Shown here one piece after another: positions 16,676-25,219 of a stretch of DNA of 45,963 bases. This DNA comes from Candidatus Micrarchaeota archaeon (GTDB lineage: Archaea; Micrarchaeota; Micrarchaeia; Anstonellales; Anstonellaceae). Position numbers and translations under genes: made by a program. Position 1 is the first letter of the stretch, and each line of letters begins with the position of its first letter. Below the pieces are notes generated by a model. The model was not told the DNA's origin. It did no database searches and saw only the letters and a program-made list of their open reading frames with translations. The DNA is taken from contig CAYWFJ010000001.1 of assembly GCA_964458205.1 (NCBI GenBank), forward strand, positions 1-45,963, in the 5' to 3' direction.

Positions 16676-17198
16676 AAATGTGCAAGGCAGGCTCAATTCG
16701 AAAACCAGCGCATTCCGCGCCCAGGCCGCAGTGGAGCTGATGTCCTATGCCGCATTCTTCCTTCTCATACTGGTTGCAACAATAGCAATCTTCTTCCAGA
16801 CTCAGTCCCAGGAGACAACGCGCGCGGAAAACGCATACGCGCAGGAAATCGCGTACGGGTTTGCCGACCACATAAGGACGGCATTCATTGCCGGAAGCGG
16901 GTTTTCCGAGAACTTCACCATCCAGCCAAGCATATTGGGCAAGCCATACAGGATACTTGTCAGCGGCTACGGGGCTTCCCCTGCATCGGTTGAGACGGGA
17001 ATTGTGTATGTTGAATGGCAGGGGCCGGGCGGAAACGCGTCTTTCTCCGCCCCGACAGTGACTGCGGCGTATGGCGTAACAACCTACGGCCAGTTCATAA
17101 CACATCCCCCCGGGAATTTCATAGTCATTGATTCGGAATACGGGCAGAGTTTGCTCATGAACAACACAAATGGCGTGATAAGAATAAGCAAGGGATGA
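16659..17198 (+). CDS. prepilin-like protein 4
   Basis: ...SAFRAQAA/VELMSYAAFFLLILVATIAIFF. ATG 16659 overlaps the upstream gene by 17 nt; the alternative is GTG 16678. Confidence 0.7.
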   Translation: MSHTGENVQGRLNSKTSAFRAQAAVELMSYAAFFLLILVATIAIFFQTQSQETTRAENAYAQEIAYGFADHIRTAFIAGSGFSENFTIQPSILGKPYRILVSGYGASPASVETGIVYVEWQGPGGNASFSAPTVTAAYGVTTYGQFITHPPGNFIVIDSEYGQSLLMNNTNGVIRISKG

Positions 17199-17202
17199 GC
17201 GC

Positions 17203-17766
17203 ATGGATTTTAGGAAGGGACAGTATTTCTCGTTTGACGCGGTGGTTGCCACCCTGATAATGGTGCTGGCGTTCACCTCGCTGGTGGGCTACTGGTTCGG
17301 CGCGCAGGCGGTAATCGATGAGCGGTCCAACTCCATGCATACGGACTCGCTTCGCGTGGCGGATTCGCTTCTTTCCCCCGGCGTGCCCCAGAACTGGGAC
17401 TCGCCACCAATCGGAACCTCCAATCCTCTTGACGGCGTGAAGCAGCTCGGGCTTACCAAGAACTTCACACATGAGCTTGATTCTGGCAAGCTTTCCGCGC
17501 TAAACGGCCTTGTCGGGACCGGCATGGCAGACCGCGCGGCATTCGAGGCAAACTATGAAAAGTTCCGAAAGCTCCTTCGCGCAGGCTCGGAATGCTATGT
17601 GGTGATAGAGCGGACTGACATGCTCATTGCCCCTGAGCCTTACCAATTCGGCCGCTCCTACTACGGGTCCAGCCCAAGCGCGGTGGCAGTCGCGCACCGC
17701 GGAGCCACGCTTGACGGGCATCCGATGAGCGTGAAAATCTTCCTCTGGAGAAACGAGTCAGGCTGA
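17203..17766 (+). CDS. prepilin-like protein 5
   Basis: MDFRKGQ/YFSFDAVVATLIMVLAFTSLVGYW. Starts 4 nt after the upstream stop. Confidence 0.72.
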   Translation: MDFRKGQYFSFDAVVATLIMVLAFTSLVGYWFGAQAVIDERSNSMHTDSLRVADSLLSPGVPQNWDSPPIGTSNPLDGVKQLGLTKNFTHELDSGKLSALNGLVGTGMADRAAFEANYEKFRKLLRAGSECYVVIERTDMLIAPEPYQFGRSYYGSSPSAVAVAHRGATLDGHPMSVKIFLWRNESG

Positions 17767-17789
17767 ACGCAAAGAGGCAGGCTCCGGCA

Positions 17790-19547
17790 TCACTCGACAG
17801 TAACCGACTTGGCAAGGTTCCTCGGCTTGTCGGGGTCGCGGCCGAGCTTCACAGCCATATGGTACGCAAGAAGCTGCAGAGGCACCGCGTATATGATGGG
17901 GATTGCGGCTTTTGGAACCTCTGGCATCAAAAAGCCGGTGCCGCCCGATTTCGCAATCGCATCCTTTCTGTCCGAGAACACCACCACGCTTGCGTTTCTT
18001 GCCTTGCACTCCTGTATGTTGGACAGGGTTTTGGGGAGCGGCTCGCCGGATGGCGCAAGCGCGAGAACCACGACATCCTTCTCAAGGAGCGACAGGGGCC
18101 CGTGCTTGAGCTCGCCTGCGGCATAAGCTTCCGCATGGAGATAGGTTATCTCCTTGAGCTTGAGCGCGCCCTCAAGCGCCGAGGGGAACGCAAGCGACCT
18201 CCCGATGAAAAAGAAATCCCTGTGCTTCACAAGCTCGGATGCCATCTTCTCTATTTCGGAAGAGCGCGCAAGCATGTTCTCAATGTCAAGCGACAGGCGC
18301 GAAAGCGAGGCAAGCTCCCCCTTTTTCCCTCCAAGCCCAAGGGCGATTTTCACAAGCACCGCTATCTGGCAGGTGAAGGATTTCGTGGCGACAACGGCAA
18401 GTTCCGGCCCCGCGGCAATCATCACGTTCGCATCCGCTTCGCGGTAAAGCGAGCTTCCCACCGCATTCCCCACGGCGATTATCTTCGCCCCTGACTTTTT
18501 CGCAAGCCTCACGGCGGAAAGCGTGTCGGCGGTTTCCCCAGACTGGCTGATCGCCATCACGAGCGTTTCCCTGCCGGTTCTCGCATATGCGAACTCGGAG
18601 CCGATAACGACGTCGCACGGGATTGCAAGGCGCGACTGCAAGAGCTCCTTTAGCACCAGCCCGGCGTAATAAGATGTGCCGCATGCAACTACGGTGAGCC
18701 GCCCGTGCTTTTTGATGAGCGACACGGCCGCACCCACATCAGCGGACAGGGCTTCGCGGATTTTTCCCTGCTGCTCGCTTATCTCCTTGAGCATGAAGTG
18801 CGCGTATCCCCCCTTCTCAGCCATCCCGGCAGTCCAATTTATCTTCCCCTCATTCCGCTTGGCAATACGCCCTGCCGCATCAACAACCGCAAAGCCTTCC
18901 CGGGTCATCCTCGCGCAGTCGCTGTCTTCAAGATATGCAACCTTCCTCGTGTACGGGAGAAGCGCCGGCACGTCGGATGCGCAGAACATCTCACCCTTAC
19001 CGATGCCGACCACGAGCGGCGGGCCGTTCCTTGAAATGTAAATCGCCTCTTCCCCTTCGTGCATCGCCACAAGCGACCAGGAGCCGGACAGCCTTGAGAC
19101 TGCCCTCCTGAAAGCCCCAAAGAAATCGCCTCCTTCCGCAGCCTCATCCTCCACAAGGTGCGCGATAACCTCGGTGTCGGTATCCGACTCGAACCTGTGC
19201 CCCTTCTTAAGAAGTGCCCCCCTGAGGGCGTCGTAATTCTCAATGACCCCGTTATGCACCAGGAATATCTTCCGCTTCGAGTCGGTGTGCGGATGCGCGT
19301 TTTTCTTCGTGACCCCTCCATGGGTCGCCCATCGGGTGTGCCCGATGCCCAGCCTTCCCTCCAGCCCCAGGAAGTCCCTTTTCTTGTGGATGTCTTCCAG
19401 CCTTCCAACATCCTTTATGGCCGAAATCCCGCCGTTCATGGTTGCGATGCCTGCCGAATCGTACCCTCTGTATTCAAGCGTGCGCAAGGCCCCAAGTATC
19501 ACTTCAGAAGCTTTCCGGTATCCGATGTAGCCGATTATCCCGCACAC
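17790..19547 (-). CDS. glmS: glutamine--fructose-6-phosphate aminotransferase (isomerizing)
   Basis: CGIIGYIGY N-terminus and SIS-domain motif SQSGETADT. Start placed at the second GTG (19547) so that the catalytic Cys follows the initiator Met; the track start 19556 is also GTG. Confidence 0.9.
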   Translation of the reverse strand: MCGIIGYIGYRKASEVILGALRTLEYRGYDSAGIATMNGGISAIKDVGRLEDIHKKRDFLGLEGRLGIGHTRWATHGGVTKKNAHPHTDSKRKIFLVHNGVIENYDALRGALLKKGHRFESDTDTEVIAHLVEDEAAEGGDFFGAFRRAVSRLSGSWSLVAMHEGEEAIYISRNGPPLVVGIGKGEMFCASDVPALLPYTRKVAYLEDSDCARMTREGFAVVDAAGRIAKRNEGKINWTAGMAEKGGYAHFMLKEISEQQGKIREALSADVGAAVSLIKKHGRLTVVACGTSYYAGLVLKELLQSRLAIPCDVVIGSEFAYARTGRETLVMAISQSGETADTLSAVRLAKKSGAKIIAVGNAVGSSLYREADANVMIAAGPELAVVATKSFTCQIAVLVKIALGLGGKKGELASLSRLSLDIENMLARSSEIEKMASELVKHRDFFFIGRSLAFPSALEGALKLKEITYLHAEAYAAGELKHGPLSLLEKDVVVLALAPSGEPLPKTLSNIQECKARNASVVVFSDRKDAIAKSGGTGFLMPEVPKAAIPIIYAVPLQLLAYHMAVKLGRDPDKPRNLAKSVTVE

Positions 19548-19562
19548 GAAAATCACGTTTCC

Positions 19563-19772
19563 CTATGCCTTCTCCCCGATTGCAAACGTCCTTTTGACCG
19601 CGGTCACCTTCACCTTCATCTTCTCGCCTACGTTTGCGTTTGCCACGAAAATCACAAACCCTTCCACATGGGCGATGCCGTCCCCTCTCGCGCTTTTCGC
19701 GTCTATGGTGACTTCGTAAACTTTTCCTTCCTCAACAGGCCTCCCTATGCCGTCCATGGAATCCCCCCACAC
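19563..19772 (-). CDS. TRAM domain protein
   Basis: 69-aa ORF. PVEEGKVYEVTIDAKSARGDGIAHVEGFVIFVANANVGEKMKVKVTAV matches the small archaeal TRAM pattern. Alternative start ATG 19757. Confidence 0.7.
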   Translation of the reverse strand: MWGDSMDGIGRPVEEGKVYEVTIDAKSARGDGIAHVEGFVIFVANANVGEKMKVKVTAVKRTFAIGEKA

Positions 19773-19823
19773 GATGGGGGTTGCATAGTTAATAAGTATT
19801 TTGGAGCCGTCTTGCGCTTTTCG

Positions 19824-20891
19824 CTACCGAAACGGCCGGCTGTTCCTGCGGAGGCGCATGAGCGACGGGCTTCTTCCTAATTTTGAAAACAGGCTGCCGT
19901 ACGCGCGCTCGAATTCGTCTCCGTCCAGCGCAGCGCGCAAGTCAGCCTCGATGAGCACTGCGGGATACGCATATGCCTTGTGCATGCGCGAGAGCGAGTG
20001 GGCAAGCGATGCGATTTCGGCAAATGTTTTCTGCCCCGAGAGGAATTCCACCCGAAGCGGCCGGTCATCCGCCACAGGCTTGAGGTAGAACGAGAGTATT
20101 TTTTCCGCCCACTGCCCGAGGTCCTTGAGGATTTGGTGCTTTGCCGGCGAGGAGGAATAGGAGAACGCGCACGTCCTCTCGCCTGCTTCCAGCATGAAAT
20201 ACAGGAAATTAGTGTCAGAAGTATGCGCAAAGCCGGGCTCGTTTTCCGCATGCTTTTGCACTATTTCAATGAACCTGCGGCTCCGGCTGTCTTTTATCAC
20301 TCCTGCAAGCGTGCAGCTCTTCTGCCAGCAAATTTCGTAAAGCCGCCTGTACGCAGACAGCACATCATCATAAAGCGGGCGCATCTCCGAGTCCTCGGGC
20401 GGCTTGTCGGAAAGAAGCGGGGCAATCGAGCCGTCCATCAGAAGGCAGGTAGGTGTGTGCTTTTCCACCAGGTCTGCGGCGCACGTGAGTTCCCCTTTGA
20501 GCCTGAAAAGCGACTTGTGCCACATCACATCGTGCGAGTCAAGCCCGCTTCTCATATCATATTCCATCTTCGGAAGCGAGGAGGGGAAGTACGCGTGCGA
20601 CATCACCTTCGAATCCTTGTAGTCGAACACCGCGCCGACAGAGCGCAAAAGCAGGAAATCAAACCCATGGAGCTCCTCGCCGGCTATCCCGCTGTCCACC
20701 GCGGCAATCCGCCCCTCCACCTTCATCGTTTCAACCGGGATGACAAGCTCGGCTTCCAGCGTTTCAGGATATTCCATCTTGCCGGAATTGAAGCGGAGCC
20801 GCTTGGCAAGCTCAGCGCGCGCCTCCTCGTTTTGCCTGATTATCCCGGCAATCTCGCTTAGGCTTTCAATCTTTCCCCCATGCATAGGCAT
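19824..20891 (-). CDS. nurA: NurA-family 5'-3' nuclease
   Basis: AAVDSGIAGEE, CLLMDGSIAP and GVIKDSRSRRF resemble NurA catalytic motifs. Start at ATG 20891 or 20885; the track ORF extends to 20993. Confidence 0.7.
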   Translation of the reverse strand: MPMHGGKIESLSEIAGIIRQNEEARAELAKRLRFNSGKMEYPETLEAELVIPVETMKVEGRIAAVDSGIAGEELHGFDFLLLRSVGAVFDYKDSKVMSHAYFPSSLPKMEYDMRSGLDSHDVMWHKSLFRLKGELTCAADLVEKHTPTCLLMDGSIAPLLSDKPPEDSEMRPLYDDVLSAYRRLYEICWQKSCTLAGVIKDSRSRRFIEIVQKHAENEPGFAHTSDTNFLYFMLEAGERTCAFSYSSSPAKHQILKDLGQWAEKILSFYLKPVADDRPLRVEFLSGQKTFAEIASLAHSLSRMHKAYAYPAVLIEADLRAALDGDEFERAYGSLFSKLGRSPSLMRLRRNSRPFR

Positions 20892-20918
20892 ATAATCCTG
20901 GTTTGGCTTTTTATGCAC

Positions 20919-21266
20919 ATGCTCAAGCAGGCAATAATCGTGAGAAGCGACCTTGGGATGGGCAAGGGCAAGATAGCCGCGCAAGTCTCGCACGCCTCCC
21001 TTTCCGCATACAGGAAAGCGGAGCGCGAAGACCCAAAAACAGCGCGCGAGTGGGAGGAGGAAGGGCAGAAAAAAATCGTGCTCAAGGTTTCATCCGAGGA
21101 GGAGCTTCTCTCTCTTTTTGAAAAGATGAAGCGCGAAATCCCCTGCGTGCTCATCCGCGATGCCGGGCACACGCAAGTCGAGCCAGGGTCGGTCACCTGT
21201 TTTGGCGCAGGGCCTGCCGACGAGGCTAAGATAAACAGGTACGCGAAGGATTTGAAGCTGCTTTGA
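20919..21266 (+). CDS. pth2: peptidyl-tRNA hydrolase, archaeal type (Pth2)
   Basis: MLKQAIIVRSDLGMGKGKIAAQVSHAS...DAGHTQVEPGSVTCFGAGP. ATG 20919 lies 23 nt after TATAAT (20891-20896). Confidence 0.85.
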   Translation: MLKQAIIVRSDLGMGKGKIAAQVSHASLSAYRKAEREDPKTAREWEEEGQKKIVLKVSSEEELLSLFEKMKREIPCVLIRDAGHTQVEPGSVTCFGAGPADEAKINRYAKDLKLL

Positions 21267-21365
21267 AAGAGGGGCTTGCGCCTTAAGGCTGAAGACCTGG
21301 TCTTGCCTTATTGCCAAGCAGGGCGCCTTAAGCCGGAAATCCGTTTCGGCCTTATTGCCCCGGTG

Positions 21366-23363
21366 TCAAGCCGGCCTTGCCCATACAGAATGCGGCGGGT
21401 TGGCTCTTCCGATTTGCTTTTGGGCGGATTCTGCCGATGCATTGGCCGCTCCCTTGACCTTGGTGTAAATCCTCAGCACTTCGGCAACGCTCCATGCCTG
21501 GGAAACTGCGCCTGCCGGTTTCATGCTTTTCGGCTCATATAGCTCAGGAAGCGTCCCGATGCAGCCCTGCCTCATCGCATCCGCAATCGGGCGCAGTGAA
21601 GAAAGAACCTGCCGTTCGGTTCCAGGGTAAGCCTCAAGCTGGGCGTCATAGAAAGCGCCCAAAAGCCAAGGCCATATCATTCCCTGATGATACGCGGAAT
21701 CCCTCTCTTGCGGGCTTCCGGAATAGGTACCGCAGAAGCGCGGGTCGGACGGGTCAAGCGTCCGAAGCCCAAGAGGGGTATAAAGGCGCGAGCGGACGAT
21801 GTTGAATATGTGCCTTTTCTGTATGCCGTTGAGCGGCGAATGCGGGAGGGAGATTGCAAACAGCTGGTTCGGCCGCAGGCTGGAGTCGTTCGGCTCAAGC
21901 GTGTCCATCAGCCGTCCGTCTTCCGAAAAGACAAACTTCTGAAAAGATGCGCCGGCAGCATCCGCTGTCCGGCTGCACACTTCCGCTGTCCGTTTGTCGT
22001 TGAATTTTTCCGCAAGCGAAGCCATGAACCTAAGGCCGGAATGCCAGAGCGCGTTCATTTCAACGCACTTCCCCTTCCTTGGGGTTGCCGCCCTTCCGTC
22101 CACCACGGCATCCATCCATGTCGCGGACGGCGATTTCACCGAAAGCAGGCAGTCCGAATCCATCTCTGCAAGCGGGTTCCCTCTCATGAAGGAGGAGATG
22201 GTTTCGCGCATGCCGCCCCAAAGTTTTTCGCGCACGAATTGCGTGTCCCCTGTATGTTCCACATATTGCCTTGCGGCGCTTATGAACCAGAGGCTGGCAT
22301 CAGCGGAATTGTAATGCGCTTCGCCATTCTCGCCTATGAAATTCGGCAATAGCCCGCCTTCCATTTTTCCGCATTGCCCAAGCAGAACCTCCCGGGCAAG
22401 CGCATGCCTCCCGGTGCACAACATGAGCCCGGGAAGCGAAATCATCGCGTCCCTGCCCCATTCGGAGAACCAGTGGAAGCCGGCAATTATCCCGCTATGC
22501 CGGCCAGAGTGCACCACAAAGGAGTCGGCTGCGCGAAGGAGCGCATCCCCGAAATCGGTCCGCTCGAATCCGTTCAGTCGGTAATTCGTGTCAGCAAGAT
22601 GGGCAAACCGCATTTCCTGCCTGTCAAGCACCTCAAGAGCTTCGGAAGGCGTTATCCCCTCGAGCGAGGCGCAGATGTGCAGCTCCTCCCCCTTCCTCAG
22701 TTCCGCGGAAAAAAAGCCTGGCGAAAAGAGGGTTTCGGCATGCGCATATCCCCTGTCCCGTTCTGCCGAATAAACCATGCTCCTATAGTTGTCCGGCGCG
22801 GGGGTGAATTTCCCTAAGGAAGCGCCCAATCTCATCGCCGGATTCTCAGTGCCAAATCCAAACCGGTCGGATGAGAAGCCTATTGCCTTATCCGATGCCG
22901 AGGGGTCTTTGTGGATTTGCCGGAAGGAAAGAAGCGGCCGCAACGAAAGCCTGGCTTCCTTCCCGCTTATGAGCCGGTAGGAAACCGCCACCGCATTCTT
23001 CCCGCGCACCATCCTTACGGATTTCTCAATCCGCGCGCCATTGCACGAATACTCGAAGCGCGGATGGCTTTCAAACGAGAAGCCTGTTTGCAGCGTGTGC
23101 CCTTGCGGGTAAACCGCGCCCGGGTATTCGTTTGCCGAAAGGGCGAATTCCTCCCCAGAAACCCTCGCGGTCTCCTCCATCTTCGAGAGCAGCACCGCCC
23201 TCCCCCCGAGTTCCTTTGCCTGCGCGACAAGGAGCCCGTGGTATTTGCGGGTGTTCATCCCTATCGCGGTGGATGACGCATAGCCGCCTATGCCGTTTGA
23301 GACCAGCCATTCCCTGCCCTTGGAATCCGGGAAGGCAAGCTCGGAAGGAGAAAGCGCGAACAT
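21366..23363 (-). CDS. glycogen debranching enzyme / amylo-alpha-1,6-glucosidase family protein
   Basis: N-terminal NGIGGYASSTAIGMNTRKYHGLLV and catalytic-domain HWFSEWGRDAMISLPGL. Start at ATG 23363. Confidence 0.8.
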   Translation of the reverse strand: MFALSPSELAFPDSKGREWLVSNGIGGYASSTAIGMNTRKYHGLLVAQAKELGGRAVLLSKMEETARVSGEEFALSANEYPGAVYPQGHTLQTGFSFESHPRFEYSCNGARIEKSVRMVRGKNAVAVSYRLISGKEARLSLRPLLSFRQIHKDPSASDKAIGFSSDRFGFGTENPAMRLGASLGKFTPAPDNYRSMVYSAERDRGYAHAETLFSPGFFSAELRKGEELHICASLEGITPSEALEVLDRQEMRFAHLADTNYRLNGFERTDFGDALLRAADSFVVHSGRHSGIIAGFHWFSEWGRDAMISLPGLMLCTGRHALAREVLLGQCGKMEGGLLPNFIGENGEAHYNSADASLWFISAARQYVEHTGDTQFVREKLWGGMRETISSFMRGNPLAEMDSDCLLSVKSPSATWMDAVVDGRAATPRKGKCVEMNALWHSGLRFMASLAEKFNDKRTAEVCSRTADAAGASFQKFVFSEDGRLMDTLEPNDSSLRPNQLFAISLPHSPLNGIQKRHIFNIVRSRLYTPLGLRTLDPSDPRFCGTYSGSPQERDSAYHQGMIWPWLLGAFYDAQLEAYPGTERQVLSSLRPIADAMRQGCIGTLPELYEPKSMKPAGAVSQAWSVAEVLRIYTKVKGAANASAESAQKQIGRANPPHSVWARPA

Positions 23364-23551
23364 GATGGGGCTTCGCTGCCACCAAATAAAAGTCTTCTGC
23401 TTTCCCCAAACGCAAAGCAGGGATTGGGGCGGGCCTGGCAATTCGCATAATGCGGGGCATCCCCCCTTTCAGGCGCCGAACGACTGCAATCGGCTTTAAA
23501 ATACTTGGTCTTGTAATGGGGGAACAATTGTTTTTACTTGGAGGTGAAACA

Positions 23552-24394
23552 ATGGCTGTTAAGGAAGGCGGTGCATCCGCACTGGAAAGAGGGGAATACG
23601 TGGTCGGCCTGGCAATACTGATTGCCGCATGCCTCATCTCTTTCTCGGTTTATTACGGCGCGCAAGGCGTCTCAAGCTCGGTTGACAAGCTCAAGCTTAC
23701 CGTCAATATCCCTTCGGGCGCGGCGCAGGCGCAAGTGCCCGCGCAGCCCGAAACGCCATCTGCCCCTGCGGCTGTGAAAATCGCAGCCCCTGACCTGACG
23801 GGCGCGGCGTTCCAGGGCAAAGCCAGCGGAAAAGTCGTGCTCTTGGAATACTCCGATTTCGAATGCCCATTTTGCGGAAGGGTCCAGCCCACTTTGGCCC
23901 AGCTAAAGTCGGCGTACCCGGACGCGAAGTACTATTTCAGGCACTTCCCGCTTTCGTTCCACCAGTATGCGCAAAAATCCGCGGAAGCGGCGGAATGCGC
24001 GAACAAGCAGGGCAAGTTCTGGGAGATGCACGACATGTTCTATAAGAACACTTCCGCACTTTCAGTTGAAGATGCCAAGGCCCACGCCGCAGCCCTTGGG
24101 CTGAATACGGCTGAGTTCAACGCCTGCCTTGACAGCGGGCAGACCGCCTCCGCGGTCGCTGCTCAGATGCAGGAAGGCGCATCTTTCGGAATCCAGGGGA
24201 CACCCGGCTTCCTGATCTACTCAAGCACCGCAAAGGCAGGGCTTGACGCGAAGCTGTCGCCCATCGTTGCCGAGCTTACTTCGCTCGGAGTGGATGCCAC
24301 CCTGGTGGATGTAAATGGCGCGGGCAAGGGGATAGTGTTCGCAGGGGCGCTGCCCTATGCAAACTTCCAGGCTGTGATGAACGCCTTCAACTAA
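23552..24394 (+). CDS. membrane-anchored DsbA-like thiol:disulfide oxidoreductase (CPFC)
   Basis: ATG 23552 is preceded by GGAGGTGA. TM helix VVGLAILIAACLISFSVYY. Thioredoxin-fold motif LEYSDFECPFCGR. Confidence 0.75.
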   Translation: MAVKEGGASALERGEYVVGLAILIAACLISFSVYYGAQGVSSSVDKLKLTVNIPSGAAQAQVPAQPETPSAPAAVKIAAPDLTGAAFQGKASGKVVLLEYSDFECPFCGRVQPTLAQLKSAYPDAKYYFRHFPLSFHQYAQKSAEAAECANKQGKFWEMHDMFYKNTSALSVEDAKAHAAALGLNTAEFNACLDSGQTASAVAAQMQEGASFGIQGTPGFLIYSSTAKAGLDAKLSPIVAELTSLGVDATLVDVNGAGKGIVFAGALPYANFQAVMNAFN

Positions 24395-24411
24395 TCTCGA
24401 AGGCAATTTTT

Positions 24412-24470
24412 GGCGGCTTTCTCTGAAAGCCGCCCCTCTCCTTTTATTCTTTCTTTTCTCTTCTTTCTTT
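24412..24470 (+). terminator. 9-bp hairpin followed by a 36-nt pyrimidine/T-rich tract
   Basis: GGCGGCTTT ctctg AAAGCCGCC (24412-24434), then CCTCTCCTTTTATTCTTTCTTTTCTCTTCTTTCTTT. Confidence 0.5.
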
Positions 24471-24480
24471 GGTGCGTTTA

Positions 24481-25149
24481 ATGGCGAAAACCAGGAAATC
24501 CGCAAAGGGAAGGGGAATAACCGGAAGGCGAATTAGCCGGAAAATCCCGTCTGCCGCCCAATCTTCCGGTTTGCAAGCTACCAATCCCTCTTCAAGTGAA
24601 AGCAGCCCCTCATTTGGCACGCTTATCATAGTGGCAGCATTAATCCTGGCAGCCGTGTTTTTCATCATATCCGGCATGCTTGGCGGAAGCGCCGGGCAAA
24701 CAAAGGCAACGGTAATCTCGGGCATGCCGCAAGAGCTTCTGGAAAAAGCCGAGCTCGCCAAGAATGTGGAAATCCGCGCAAACGGCTCAACGGCAACCGC
24801 CAAGCCTGCGGCCCAGCCCCTTCCAGGCAAGGAGGTGGTGGTGGATTTCCTCTATGCCGACTGGTGCGGCTACTGCTCGAAAATGAAGCCGATTGTCGCA
24901 AAGGTGGCATCGGAGATGCCGGCCGGCCGCTTCGAGATTCGCTACTGGAACGAGAACGCGCGCGGAACGAACAGCACCGTTGCAGGCATCTATTCCGACT
25001 ATTCAGCAAAAGGCTATTTCAAGGGGTACCCGACATTCGTTGCGAATTGGAATGACACGCTCGCAGGGGCGGTGCCGGAATCCGAATTCCGCGCGTGGGT
25101 ATGCGGGCAGTTTGCAGCACCGCTTCCTGATGCGTGCGGCGCGAACTAG
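24481..25149 (+). CDS. membrane-anchored thioredoxin-like protein (WCGYC)
   Basis: ATG 24481. TM helix FGTLIIVAALILAAVFFIISGML. Active-site context DFLYADWCGYCSKMKP. Confidence 0.7.
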   Translation: MAKTRKSAKGRGITGRRISRKIPSAAQSSGLQATNPSSSESSPSFGTLIIVAALILAAVFFIISGMLGGSAGQTKATVISGMPQELLEKAELAKNVEIRANGSTATAKPAAQPLPGKEVVVDFLYADWCGYCSKMKPIVAKVASEMPAGRFEIRYWNENARGTNSTVAGIYSDYSAKGYFKGYPTFVANWNDTLAGAVPESEFRAWVCGQFAAPLPDACGAN

Positions 25150-25219
25150 TCTGAAGTTGTGGGTGTTTCGCGAGCCAGCATCCGAATCCTCTTTTATTCC
25201 TTGCCTTCGTTTTCCAACC

